64,000 nucleotides of DNA from Thraustochytrium aureum (taxonomy: Eukaryota). Positions within the stretch are counted from its first letter, which is position 1. Every line of letters starts with the position of its first letter. Of the stretch, positions 37,163-48,857 are shown piece after piece. The stretch spans positions 135,558 through 199,557 of the forward strand of contig BLSG01000410.1 of NCBI GenBank assembly GCA_012862495.1, given 5' to 3'. The position numbers and the translations under genes are program-made. The notes under the pieces are model-generated. The model saw only the letters and a list, made by a program, of their open reading frames with translations, was not told the DNA's origin and made no database searches.

Positions 37163-40100
37163 TCACAGGATGATGCGGCCAAGCGCAGCCTCAAACTCCG
37201 CGACGTCCCAGCGCACATTGGAGAAGTCCATCCCCGTCGCCACCCAGCGGTCCATGAGCTCCCCAAAGTTCCACGGCCCAGAGCGGCCGAGCATGACTGG
37301 ATCCGACATAGGGTCGCCAGCAAAGCTGGTCAAGCTCGCGCTGACGCGCTTGTTTACTTTGGCTTGAGGCAGCTTGTCCCATGTGACGCGCCCTGCAAAC
37401 TCGAGGCGGAGTTGACGCTGCCACTCCGGCCACTGCGCGAGCCACACGTCGAGGTCTGCGTCGGAAATGGCCATAGCTTCCTCCCGCGCGACCGCCAGCT
37501 CGCGCTTCTTTATTTTGATGTAGGCCGGGAAGAGCATGTGCTGCGCGCTCACCGGCAGATCCAGGTCTTCGCGTAGGTCGATCTCGTACTTGAGGTAGAC
37601 GCAAACATCGTCCACGTCGCCGCCCATCTCGTCAATCTTGTTACGGGCGTGCCGGTGCACAATGTCGAGCCGCATAATCGCGTGCCCGAGCTCCCGCAGG
37701 GCGCGCTTGTCGCCACGCGCCTTTGCCACGCGCGTTGTGAGCGTAATCTGGTTGAGCGCCCAGATCGGCTTGTCCCCGCACCGATCGATAGAGTCGACCA
37801 TGCGCGTCAGGATCTCTTCGCGGGAAAAGTCGTCGTCGCGCAGCGTAGAAAAAACCTCGACCACGCGGCGGGCCAGCCCCTCCCGGGTCTCCTCGCGCTG
37901 AAACTCGGCCGCCATCCGCAGCTTGGACAGAAACTTGAGCACGTCGCCCAAGTAGTACTTTGGCACCAGGGGCGTGAGCTCGTGTGTCGCGCCCTCGTAG
38001 GCGGCGGCTTTTTCCCAGAACCGCACGGCGCTCTTCAGGTCGGCAAAACCGGCGCCCTCGTCCCCAATCACATAGTCGAATTGGTCGCCTTCGAACCAGT
38101 CCACCTCGTTTCCGCACTCGCGCGCTGCGGCCTCGAGCTCGACGAGGCGCTGCCGCGGGATGGACGACTCAGAGATCTCGATCGCACGGCAGGTCGCTGG
38201 CACGCTGCTCGACAAGTCGCGAAGATTTGGAAGGTTGCGGAGCAGCATGGACTCGCGGACGCGAAGCGTGTTGGTCGCCGGTCCGCTCGGCGGCGCGCCG
38301 ATGCGAGTCAGGCCGACGCAGTCTTCGACAGCGAGGCGGCGCCCGTGCAAGTTGTCTATGATCTGCAGACTCGGGCAGCTGCAGACGGTGACTCCGCGCT
38401 GTACGACTAGCGGGCGCGACGGGTCTTCGCCACCAAGCCGTCGCAATCCGCACCGCGTCAGCGACAGCTCGCCGAAGCGCAAGTTTGGTGGTATCGATTG
38501 CAGGCGCGGGCACAGGTCCAGGTCTAGCGCCTCAAGCCGGCCGGCGGCTGGGAGGACCGACAATGCGCGGCATCTGCTCAGCGTCCACGTGGGGAAGACC
38601 ATTGCGTCGGCATCGCCGTCCGCCTCGTCGCCGGGCGTAGCCCGGGCCAGAGGTGGGCTAACGTTGTCGTCCCGAAGCGCGAGTAAGCTCGCGCAAGCCT
38701 CAACAGTCAGCGACAGAGGCGCGTTTCCGGCCCCGAGCTCTGCGAGAAGGGAGCAGTGGCGCAGCTCCACGCTTCGCGCCTCGACTTTGGCTGGGAGCCG
38801 AGCCACGACGCTAACCGAGATGGTAAACTCCTCCGCAGCGCGACCAGTTCCTGGAGGCAGCTCGCGCACGCGCGGGCAGGCCTCCAACAGGAATCGGCGC
38901 GTCACGACGAGTCCCTTCGGAAGCTCGAGGCGGCGGCAGTGACTGACTGCGATGTCCTCGATTCGCTTGACGCCTGCAGGCAGCTTTGAGATGAGTGGGC
39001 AGTCGCGAAGCACGAGGGCCTCGCTCGGTAAGACGCGCAACTCGGAAAGAGCGGGGCAAAATGCAAACTCTGCGCGCTGCAGCGCGAATGCTCCGACGCC
39101 GCGTAAGTGCTCGCAGTACCTCGCAGAGAGGTAGCTCGAAACCCGCGCTTTGCTCGTCACCAACGCCTTGCACCGCTCAACAATGAGCACCTCGAGCTGG
39201 GCCTCCGCGACTTCGGCGACGGCATCGCAGGCTGACAGAATCAGCGCCGTCTTGGCCGCCCGTACGGGCACAGCCTTGAGGCGCGGGCATCGTTCCACTC
39301 GAACGGTGCCGGCCCGCACCTGGGCGTCTATCGAGGTAAGCTCGCGCAGCCCGATCAGGTGGACCAAGTCGAGGCCTTGCGTCCGCGACCGCGGTGTGAT
39401 TCGGATTGCGCTCACCGGCATGTTGTACACAACGAGGTGCTTGCCCACCACAACGTTCTTCGGGAGCGTTTTGAGGCGGGCGCAGTCCTCCAGCCACAGC
39501 ATTCCGTCCACAGTGAACTTGTCCACGTTGTCAAAGAATGCCTCGGCGCAGCCCACAAACTTGGCGTTGCCCAGGACGTGCACCCGGCGCGGAAGCACGA
39601 GAGGCTCCAGGGAGGGCCCGTCCCTCTGCGGCCGAACCACAAAGTCACCTTCGATGCGGAGCTCAGGAAACACCTCGCCAGCCTCTGGAGCCGCAAGCGC
39701 CGCAGCGGCGCGCTCCCGTCGCGATAGTGCCTCCAGCCAGTCAAAGAGGCGCCGAAAGGCGGGCAAGTCGGCGCGCTTGACCGGCCAGGCCCTGCGGAAA
39801 ACGCGCTCGAGCGCTCGCTGGTCGTCCATGCCGTCGCATGCGCGGGCTCGTGAAAAAGCAAAAAGGGCCTTGGCGGTAGCCTCGCCTACGCCGGTTGCGT
39901 CGAAACGGACCGCGGGCACGCGCTCCGACTGCATAAACATGTCGATAAGGTGCAGCGCCACGCCTTGGTCGACGTTTCGGTTGCCGGACAATATGCACTC
40001 GCGGATGTGCGGCGTCTTGGCGACCTCCTCGAGCAGCTGCAGCGTCTCGGCGCGGCTGTGCCGAAGTCCCGAAAGGTCGACGCCGCGCAAGCAGGGCATG

Positions 40101-43100
40101 TCGCGCGAGACGCTGGTCTTGCCCTTGTAATTCTTCGGTAAAGACTCCTTCGCCGCCCCCGGCGCAGCTCGCAGCGCCTCAAACAGCTTTGCGCAAGCCG
40201 CTAACGACAAGTGGCTCCCGCCCAGCCCAAGCCACTCCAGCCGTGGTGCCCCGCGCAGTGCTTGCAGCAGGTCGTCCAAATCGGCCGAACCGATACCAAG
40301 CCAGCCGAGATCGAGCCGCGTCAAATTGCTCGCACCCGACAATAGCGCCGCAAAGGCCGGTCCCATACGGGTGTTGGACCGCAAGTTGAGGTTGGCAAGA
40401 TGAGCAAGCTTGGGCCCGTTCGCCCCAAACCAAGTCGCGAGCGCCTCGCCGGCGTCGTTCTTCTCGAGCCGGAGACTCTCCAGCGGGGCCTCTGCCTCGA
40501 GGATGGCCTCGAGCAGCGCCACACACCCCGTGTCGCCGAGAAAGTTGCCACACGCGCTGAGAGACCGCAGCCGCGGAGCGGCGCGCACAACCTGACCTAG
40601 CTCGGCTCCGCCAACTGGACCGCATAGCCCGTTCTTGTCAACCACGAGGGACTCCAGCTGCCCGAAGACGTCGGAGAGCGCGCTGAGGCCAGACACACCT
40701 AGTGCATTGCCACGCACGTTAAGAGCGACGAGGTTAGGCGCCGCCTTCTTGAGGACCGGCACAAAGGCTTCAAGCTCGGCTCTTGGCGCTGCACCGAGGT
40801 AGTTTCCCTCCAGCGAGAGGTCGCGAAGGCAGCCGAGCGAGCCGTGGGCATCAGAAAGCAGGACGCGCAGTACGGCCACGGAGAGGCCGGTGTTCGCCAG
40901 ACTCAGTGAGCGGAGCGCGGGCTGGGCAGCGTTGTTCCCCAGCCCCGCTGGCAATGCTTTCGGAACCGGTTCGAGCTGCGAGTTGACCACCCAGCTGTGC
41001 ACGGACTGGTACGATGCATCCGGTGGGGCATGGACAAAGGCGCGCTGGCCCAAGTTGACCTCCAGCAGCGAGCCCTTGTGCGCAGAGAGCGCAGGTTGCA
41101 AGCCGGCCTGTATCTCCACGTCACGGAAGGCGACCCCATTCGGCGCGTCCCAGCTTCCCGCATATGAAAAGCTGATCTGGCCCGCCTCGATATCGACGGC
41201 GCAGCCCACGATTGCGCTGCGTCTCCTGTCGAACTGCTCGCCAAAGGCGACGCTTGCGCCGTCATGCCAAGCGAGTTGGCGCCCGCCGTCGAAGGCCCAC
41301 GATTTGTCAAAGTCGCCCACGCCGTGCGTCTGCGGCCACTGCTGCGGCTCGCGGTGAAGGCTGGCGTCGGCCCAACCGACCTGGAAGAGGCCGTGGGGTC
41401 ATGCGGCGCACAGCGACCTCAAAGTACCACTTCCCTGTGGTGAGGGCGATGCGCGAGTAAAACGCGGAGGGAAACCAGGCCGGCCCGAACGGGAGCATGT
41501 AGATCGTGTCGCACCCGCCACGCCCGGGCGACACGAGCGCTGAGCGCGTCTCGAAGTGGATGCCGTGCACGGTGCCCGACGCAGGCACCTTGCACAGCGC
41601 GAGCGAGACACCGACGCGCCCACTCACTCTTGCGCTAACCGCTCGACCGCTCGTGCGAGCGCCGCGCAAGAACGCGAGCGATTCGAGGAGGTCTGCCCCA
41701 TGATGCAAGTTGACCCGCCCGCTCTTCTCGAACGCTTCGCGTGCCTGCTTGACGTTGGATTGGAAGGTGGCTTCTCTGTCGGCAAGGTCCTCCTCCGCGC
41801 TCGCGACATCGAGGTGGAGCGTGAGTGGGCCGGTGCTCTTCACGTCGCCGCTCTGGCCAGCTCCGTTCTCGAGCGGGTCGGCGTCCTCCCAGATGCCATC
41901 TTCCCAAGCGTCGTCCGCCCCGGCGGCCTCGGCGGCGAGAAGAGCATCGCTTCCGTTGAGCGAACCGCTATTGTCTCGGTTGAGCGAGGCTGCGCCGTTT
42001 GGTCCCGCTGCGAATCCGTACGTCTCTTCAAAGTTTCCAAGCTCCGAGACGGGGTAGCCAGGCAGGACTGTGCGCGCGCTGCGCCGCGCAAACAACCCGC
42101 GGACCTTGCGCATGAAGGGAATTGGGCCAGTTCGCCGGCGGTCCGGGGAGCCCTCGTCCTGCTTGCTTTCCACAATCATAGACTCTGCCACGTACTTGTC
42201 GACGTCATACGTGACGAAAACTGGGCCTTGCTCCACCGAGCCGCGGCAGGCGCACATCAGGTCATTGCAGGTCTCGAAAACGTCGTCAGCAGCTCCGGTC
42301 GCCCCGGTCGCCCCAGTCGCTTGCGGGGAGCTTTGTGGGCGCTGGCCGGCTACCGGTGCCTCCGGGCCTCCCCGAGGCGCCGTCCCGCTCACTCGCGAAG
42401 CTCGCTGCGAGGTTGGCGCCCGGACCGGCGAAGCACTAGCATGAGGTTCACCCTCGTCCTCTTCGTCGATGTCCGGGAGCACCTCTGTCCGCGCTGCAGC
42501 GCTGACTGGTGGAGCATTAGCAATGGCAAAAGGTTGCGCCGCGGCTGGCTGTAGTTGGGGCATCCGTCCCAGCTCTCCTGGTACCTCGTCAACAGCTCCA
42601 GCTGCTGCCGCCGCTTCCACCTCGGCGGAAATCACGTCGGGGGCGCCGAGCAGGTTGGATGAGCGGCGCAACTGGCTCACTCTTTGGATATGCAAAAGAG
42701 ATCGACGCACCCGGAGCTGGTCGCTGACGCTCGAGCTTGCACGCCTGCTCCGGCGTCCTGCATTGTCCTCGAGCGGCGGCTCGCTCCCGCCGCCCTGCTC
42801 TTGGAGAGGAGGCGCTCCCTCGCCTTCGCTCGGGCCAAGGCCGCGCTGGGTCGCAGCGGTGTCTGGCTCAAGGGGCGCCGCCACGGTCGGGTTCGGGTTC
42901 GCTTGGTCCTCCGCGCGGGCTGGGCGGCTCACCAGCGAATCCCTTCGCCGCGACGGCGTGCGCTCACGCGCTTCAACACCGTTGCTAGCAGCGTCCTCGC
43001 CGCTCTCGGCGGCATGGCCGCCTCCCGGGGGCTGCACGTTCGATATGGACCCGCTGCGGCTCCCGCGGGCGTCGGCGCGCCGACTGAGCCCGTCTACTCG

Positions 43101-43167
43101 CCCGCCGCGGCTCTCCGAGGCTATTTCTAGCGTCCCGCGTCCCGCCAGGTTGGCTGTCCCACTCCCC
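37163..43167 (-). CDS. SPRY + RI-type LRR + second LRR array + NEL-type (IpaH/SspH family) E3 ubiquitin ligase + U-box-like tail; 5' end in gap
   Basis: SPRY: GKWYFEV..HGLFQVGWAD..GVGDFDKSWAFDG..IVGCAVDIEAGQISFS (one extra C at 41395-41398 joins the two ORFs). RI-LRRs LRSLSLANTGL and LRDLSLEGNYLG. LxLxxCxxLxxLP repeats. NEL motifs FLSKL, DSIDRCGDKPIWALNQI, LRELGHAIMRLDIV, VDDVCVYLKYEIDLREDLDLP..HMLF and WLAQWPEWQRQLR. Confidence 0.85.
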
Positions 43168-43489
43168 NNNNNNNNNNNNNNNNNNNNNNNNNNNNNNNNN
43201 NNNNNNNNNNNNNNNNNNNNNNNNNNNNNNNNNNNNNNNNNNNNNNNNNNNNNNNNNNNNNNNNNNNNNNNNNNNNNNNNNNNNNNNNNNNNNNNNNNNN
43301 NNNNNNNNNNNNNNNNNNNNNNNNNNNNNNNNNNNNNNNNNNNNNNNNNNNNNNNNNNNNNNNNNNNNNNNNNNNNNNNNNNNNNNNNNNNNNNNNNNNN
43401 NNNNNNNNNNNNNNNNNNNNNNNNNNNNNNNNNNNNNNNNNNNNNNNNNNNNNNNNNNNNNNNNNNNNNNNNNNNNNNNNNNNNNTGCC

Positions 43490-43490
43490 G

Positions 43491-43537
<47 letters not shown>

Positions 43538-43545
43538 CTGCCTGC
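43490..43545. repeat. (GCCT)n tetranucleotide microsatellite upstream of the SPRY-LRR-NEL gene
   Basis: About 12-13 copies of gcct. Confidence 0.95.
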
Positions 43546-43903
43546 GTCCCGAGCACACGCTCGTTGGGGGTCTGCCACTCCGGTGCTCGTGGTGTGCAAG
43601 GAGCAACGAGCTCGTTCCACTGGCTCGTCATGAAGGGTGTCTTGTTACGTATTCAGGCAGTCAGACGCGTTGGCGTTGCTCGTCAGGGAGGGTCTGGTGA
43701 TGTGCGGTGGAGGTGGCCTCGTCACGGGGAGGGACATGATACGGCTGATTTGTGCGTTGGAGTCCGGATGGATGCGCGGGGGAGGGAGGAGTCGCGATTG
43801 GCTTGGGCGGCAGGCTGGCTGGGTCGCGCTGCGAGGCAGGGCGTGGTGCTGCCAAGCGCGCTGGGCTGTTCTGCATAACGTGCTGCTTGCGGTCTGCTTT
43901 ATC

Positions 43904-45085
43904 ATGCCGTCTGTGGCTGACATTGGCCTGGCCAAAGGCCCGCTCGGCACGCGGCCAGTCGTCGCGTTCAGGGAGCGGACCGTGTACAGCGACTCCGTGA
44001 CGCTCTCTGCTGTGCATAAAGCTACCCTGGATGAGGCCTGGAGGCGAGTGAGCGGCGGCGCGGCAACGGTGTCCTCGAGCAAGGTCGACGATGTCCTTGC
44101 AAGCCTTGGAGTCCAACTTGGCAAGCAGCTCCGCCGAAAGCTCGTCAAGCCACTGCTCGCGCAGCTGAGCAAGGACGGGCCGCGCGAAAGCCTCAATGAA
44201 GATGACGAGGCCAAGTCGGACGAGGGCAAGCGCCGGGACTGGGAGGCCGCGCGAGGAGTGGCGCTGGACGACGAAATGGGCGAGTCCAAAATCCCCGAGG
44301 CCAAAGTGGGCGAGAGCACCGGCGACGAAAGCAAAGCAAGCAGCCCAGAGAAGGACGGAGAATCTGCTTGCGGATCGCTGGCGCCGCCCCTCGGAAAACA
44401 GCGGAAGACGCTCTCATACGCCGAGGTGTGTTGGGTCGTCGCTCACGTGTTTGCGCCGCATGCCGTGTACGGGCGCGAGCTCGGGCGCGCGGTGGCAAGG
44501 GCCGATCTAGACGCAGCTCAAGAGCTCATGGATCGCGGGTGCTCGCCCTTGGCGCGAGACGGGCGCGGCATGACTGCGCTGCACTACGCGTGCGAGGCAG
44601 GGCAAGTCGCATCGGTCAAGCTCCTCCTAGATCGTGCTGGGCCAGCCGGCGCAAGCGCGCTCAATGTGCAGGACGCGAACGGCTGGACGCCTCTCATGGT
44701 TGCCGCCACCAACAACAAGCACAATGCCGTGAGCGCTCTGCTGCGCAGTAAAGCAGACGCCAAGCTGGCGTCCAGCGAGGGCCGGACGGCCTTGCACTGG
44801 GCGGCTGCCAAGGGCCACGTCGAGTCATGCAAGGCGCTGCTCAGCGGAGGAGGGGGCGCTGGCGCGCTGGTCAAGGCAGTCGACAACTGCGGGCTGACCC
44901 CGCTTCACTTGGCGGTGCTTGGAGAGTGCAGCCAGGTGATCAGCCTGCTCCTTGATGCTGGCGCCAGCCCAGAAGCGCGGGACAGGTGTGGGAGGTCCTG
45001 TCGCGACCTCTGTATTGACCAAGACGCCGCCGAGGCTTTGCTGGGACCGATGGACGGCAAGGGCCGAGCCTCTAGCAAAAAGTAA
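43904..45085 (+). CDS. Ankyrin-repeat protein
   Basis: GMTALHYACEAG, GWTPLMVAATN, GRTALHWAAAKG and GLTPLHLAVLG. Probable ATG at 43904. Confidence 0.9.
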   Translation: MPSVADIGLAKGPLGTRPVVAFRERTVYSDSVTLSAVHKATLDEAWRRVSGGAATVSSSKVDDVLASLGVQLGKQLRRKLVKPLLAQLSKDGPRESLNEDDEAKSDEGKRRDWEAARGVALDDEMGESKIPEAKVGESTGDESKASSPEKDGESACGSLAPPLGKQRKTLSYAEVCWVVAHVFAPHAVYGRELGRAVARADLDAAQELMDRGCSPLARDGRGMTALHYACEAGQVASVKLLLDRAGPAGASALNVQDANGWTPLMVAATNNKHNAVSALLRSKADAKLASSEGRTALHWAAAKGHVESCKALLSGGGGAGALVKAVDNCGLTPLHLAVLGECSQVISLLLDAGASPEARDRCGRSCRDLCIDQDAAEALLGPMDGKGRASSKK

Positions 45086-45202
45086 CCATCGTTTCAACGC
45101 TGACCCGAAGATGCGAGCTCGAGCCGCACAATCAATTAATTAAAATAATTCACAGCACGCCAAACGCCGCAGAGTCGCAGACGCTCAAGCGGTGCCAGCC
45201 GC

Positions 45203-46412
45203 CTACGCCTCCTTGCCGCCTTTCAATTCGCCGCGGCGCGGCCCGACGCTCGTCCGGAAGATCTGGTACCCGACCGCACCAAAAACGAGGGCTGCCCCGG
45301 CGACGCCCTCTTTGCCGACTGCGTGGCCAAAGAGCAGGCAGGAGAGCGTTATTGAGAGAACCTGGCGCGTGGTCATGATCGTGGAGAACGCGAGAGGCCC
45401 GAGCGATTTGATAGTGTGAAAAATAAATGTCTGCCCCACAACACCTGCGAGCGAGAACAAGGCCACGTGCAACGCGCAGTCCAGGTTTGAGGCCAAAAAC
45501 GCAACAGAGGTGGCCAACTCGCCGGTCTGCAACAGCGCAACGAGCGTGAAGAACGCTGAAAACAAGTTGACGCCGAACATCATCTCGTAGGACGAGCACC
45601 CGTACGTGGAGAACAGGTGCCCCTGCCACTGCGACGTGTACGAATCGAAGATCAGGTAAAGCGCAAGGAGCGCATACCCGGCGAGCGATGGCTCTAGCGC
45701 CGTTGACCCGCTTTTGGAGCCGCGCTGGGCCAGCGTGAAGACGCCTGCGCCAACGCCAATTAGGATCGCGACGACGTACTCGTACGCCTTGTAGCGCTTG
45801 CCGACAAGGACCGTGCCCACGATCATGACCGGGATGAGCTTGGAAGACTTGGCCAGGACCTGCGTGGGGAAGTCGACGTACTTGAGCGACTCGAGCTGGC
45901 ACCAGCTGCTCAGTACGTTCGAAAGCGACACGTAGGAAAACTTGACCAGCGGCGCACGGAGCCCGCTCGGGCCCGACCGGCGCACCAGCGCGAATGCGAC
46001 AGCAACAGCCACTGCCCGGTTGCAAAACACGAGAAAGGTGCTGCTTTCGAGCTTGCCCCCAGCGTACTCGTGGGACATGATCTTTTCTTGCAGCACGCCC
46101 CAGCTCAGGTACGAAGCCAGCAGACCCATGGCGCAAAACGCATACGTTCCCAGAACGGGGCTTCTTCCCGTAGTGTCGGAACGGGGTTCGGCACTCTTTG
46201 TCGTTGCGCCATCGTTCGCGTCCGCACTGCCGGCGGTCCCAAAGGCGAAGGCGCGCACAACAGCGGCCTGCCACGACGCGTCCGTCGCGCTGGGCTTCCT
46301 GGCCGCAGCCGCGGCCGCAACTCCCGCGCCAAACAACACTATATACACCCCCGAGCTGCTGCGCGAGCTGCTGCGCCCACTCGGGCGCGCCCTGGCTCGC
46401 CGCCCAGTCCAT
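45203..46412 (-). CDS. SLC35B2: PAPS / nucleotide-sugar transporter (UAA family, SLC35B2-like)
   Basis: YLSWGVLQEKIM, SLSNVLSSWCQLESLKYVDFPTQVLAKSSKLIPVM, FDSYTSQWQ, GQTFIFHTI and TIMTTRQ. An extra G at 46348-46352 joins the N-terminal MDWAASQG exon region. Confidence 0.88.
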
Positions 46413-46727
46413 GGTCAACGCCTAGCCGACAGGAGGTGGGTATGCGCACAAAAACCTGGACCTCGCACAAGCGCTACGACTCAGCTGGCGAAGGTCAGTG
46501 CGCGTGCACCGGCCGCGACGCAGTTCGCCGTGCCGCCTTGCGTCCACGGCGCCGTCACCGTGCACGCTTTTGTGCCTGAGCTGCGCGACGAGGGGACGGG
46601 CGCCAGACGCACCTTTTGACTTGCGCAGGAGAGCCAATAGCCCGAGCTTGCCAGAGCTGCGCAGGAGCTCGCTGGGCCCCCTGGGCAGGCGCCCCAAGTC
46701 CAGAGCCCAAGCTCGGGTCGTCCTGGT

Positions 46728-47100
46728 TGTGTTCGGATCGATCGATCGAGGCGTTTTGGATGCGGATTGGTTGACGGATTGGATCGACCGGCCGAGGCGG
46801 GTTGGACGAAGCCTCGAGCCGACCTGGCTGCGCCCTCCGCGCGACCGACCGAGTCGTCGGTTCGGATCGATCGACCGAGGCAGAGCGATCCGATCGACCT
46901 CGAGGCGGGTTTGGCGGAGCCTCGAGCCGCCCAGCCTGCGCCCACCGCGCGTTCGACCGCGGCGGAGAGAATCGCTCGACCTAAGCGTGTGGTAGGTTTG
47001 AGCCAGTCGACCGAGACCAATCGACCTGGGCGGACCGAACCGACCAACCAGGGCGGGTGGGCACGGCCTCGAGCCCTCCAGCCTGCGCCAACCGCCCGCG
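46728..47100. repeat. Degenerate GATCG-rich tandem repeat (~110-130 nt units) between divergent genes
   Basis: Recurring gttcggatcgatcga..gaggc..gatcgacc..gaggcgggtt..gcctcgagcc..ctgcgcc..ccgc blocks, 2-3 copies. Confidence 0.65.
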
Positions 47101-47187
47101 CGCTCCAGCAAGGCTGTTCGGGCGCCGCGAACCAGCAGCAAGCTGCCTGCGCGTCCAAGTTGAACCCTTCCGAACGAGCGACGGACA

Positions 47188-47296
47188 CCAATGAACACGC
47201 GAACCAACAATGAACACGCGAACCAACAATGAACAAACGAACAAACGAACCAACAATGAACAAACGAACCAGTAATGAACTAATGAACTAATGAGC
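47188..47296. repeat. A/C-rich minisatellite (aatgaac...gaaccaac)
   Basis: Repeated aatgaacacgcgaaccaac / aatgaacaaacgaac units. Confidence 0.8.
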
Positions 47297-47389
47297 GAAC
47301 ACGGGAGGCTGCCGCGCGGGTGCGCGTGAGTTGTCCCGAACGGCGGGTGCGCGCGAGGCGGTGCGGCAGACCCGCAACGGGCGAGGAGG

Positions 47390-48104
47390 ATGGGCCGCAG
47401 GGGCCGCTGGCGCGTGGCGTTCTTGTCGCTCGAGTTCGCCGACCCGGTGTTCTCAGGGAATGGGATACACGCCAGGACCGTGGTGAACGCGCTGCGCGGC
47501 GTGCCGGCAGCGGCCGAGGCCCGGCACGGCGCGCGAGACGCGGCCGTTCGCGGCGCTGACGTGCTCGTGCTTTGCGCGTGCCCGCAGGGCCAAGTCGTGA
47601 ACGGGGCTGCGAGCAACGAAACGGCTCGGGGTGGACGCAGGGGCGCGGGAGCCGCGCCCACGACGCGGGAGAACGGCGGCGCCGACGATGGAGTTGGATC
47701 GGTTCGCGTGCTCACGGTTACCGTTCCGACATGGTTCAAACTGGACCGGAGCTCGTCGTGGAAGGAATATGGACTTGGCGTGGCGAAATTTGCGCGCGAG
47801 GTGCACGAGTTCGCGCCAGATGTTGTGCTCGGCGTTGATTGGACCAGCTTGCTCGCACTTCAGACACTTCGCAGCCAAGGCGCGGTGACGAGAACGCCGT
47901 CTGTCTTTTGAATTTTCGGCTCTTTTGCGAGTCAACTGGCAACACTGCTGCGGATGCCGAGTTTTACCGCGATAAAGAGCGGCTCGCGCTTCGCGTGTTC
48001 CAGGAGGCCGTGGCTCTGTGCAAGAGCGATGCCCGTGTGCTGGAAGCGCTCGCGACACCCGATGGCGGGGCACCGACCCGGGCGCGCTAGACGTCGGCCG
48101 CACG
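47390..48104 (+). CDS. Putative GT-B (GT4-like) glycosyltransferase, N-terminal part; continues into gap
   Basis: RVAFLSLEFADPVFSGNGIHARTVVNAL, DVLVLC and FAPDVVLGVDWTS. A missing T in the run at 47906-47909 continues into LNFRLF. No C-terminal donor-binding motif is visible because of the gap. Confidence 0.55.
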
Positions 48105-48857
48105 NNNNNNNNNNNNNNNNNNNNNNNNNNNNNNNNNNNNNNNNNNNNNNNNNNNNNNNNNNNNNNNNNNNNNNNNNNNNNNNNNNNNNNNNNNNNNNNN
48201 NNNNNNNNNNNNNNNNNNNNNNNNNNNNNNNNNNNNNNNNNNNNNNNNNNNNNNNNNNNNNNNNNNNNNNNNNNNNNNNNNNNNNNNNNNNNNNNNNNNN
48301 NNNNNNNNNNNNNNNNNNNNNNNNNNNNNNNNNNNNNNNNNNNNNNNNNNNNNNNNNNNNNNNNNNNNNNNNNNNNNNNNNNNNNNNNNNNNNNNNNNNN
48401 NNNNNNNNNNNNNNNNNNNNNNNNNNNNNNNNNNNNNNNNNNNNNNNNNNNNNNNNNNNNNNNNNNNNNNNNNNNNNNNNNNNNNNNNNNNNNNNNNNNN
48501 NNNNNNNNNNNNNNNNNNNNNNNNNNNNNNNNNNNNNNNNNNNNNNNNNNNNNNNNNNNNNNNNNNNNNNNNNNNNNNNNNNNNNNNNNNNNNNNNNNNN
48601 NNNNNNNNNNNNNNNNNNNNNNNNNNNNNNNNNNNNNNNNNNNNNNNNNNNNNNNNNNNNNNNNNNNNNNNNNNNNNNNNNNNNNNNNNNNNNNNNNNNN
48701 NNNNNNNNNNNNNNNNNNNNNNNNNNNNNNNNNNNNNNNNNNNNNNNNNNNNNNNNNNNNNNNNNNNNNNNNNNNNNNNNNNNNNNNNNNNNNNNNNNNN
48801 NNNNNNNNNNNNNNNNNNNNNNNNNNNNNNNNNNNNNNNNNNNNNNNNNNNNNNNNN

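Noticed and set aside
30093..43167. LpxK and NEL as a bacterial contaminant or a single transferred bacterial island
   Set aside because: LpxK has a spliceosomal intron, the NEL is fused to SPRY/RI-LRR, and eukaryotic LIG6 and NDK lie between them. There is no operon structure or mobility gene.
8336..47909. Numerous frameshifts as programmed frameshifting, RNA editing or pseudogenes
   Set aside because: The sites checked fall in homopolymer runs (8336-8341 A6, 10113-10116 G4, 29919-29921 A3, 33121-33125 G5, 41395-41398 C4, 46348-46352 G5, 47906-47909 T4). They go in both directions, share no motif, and hit conserved genes with intact active sites, which is typical of 454/Ion Torrent error.
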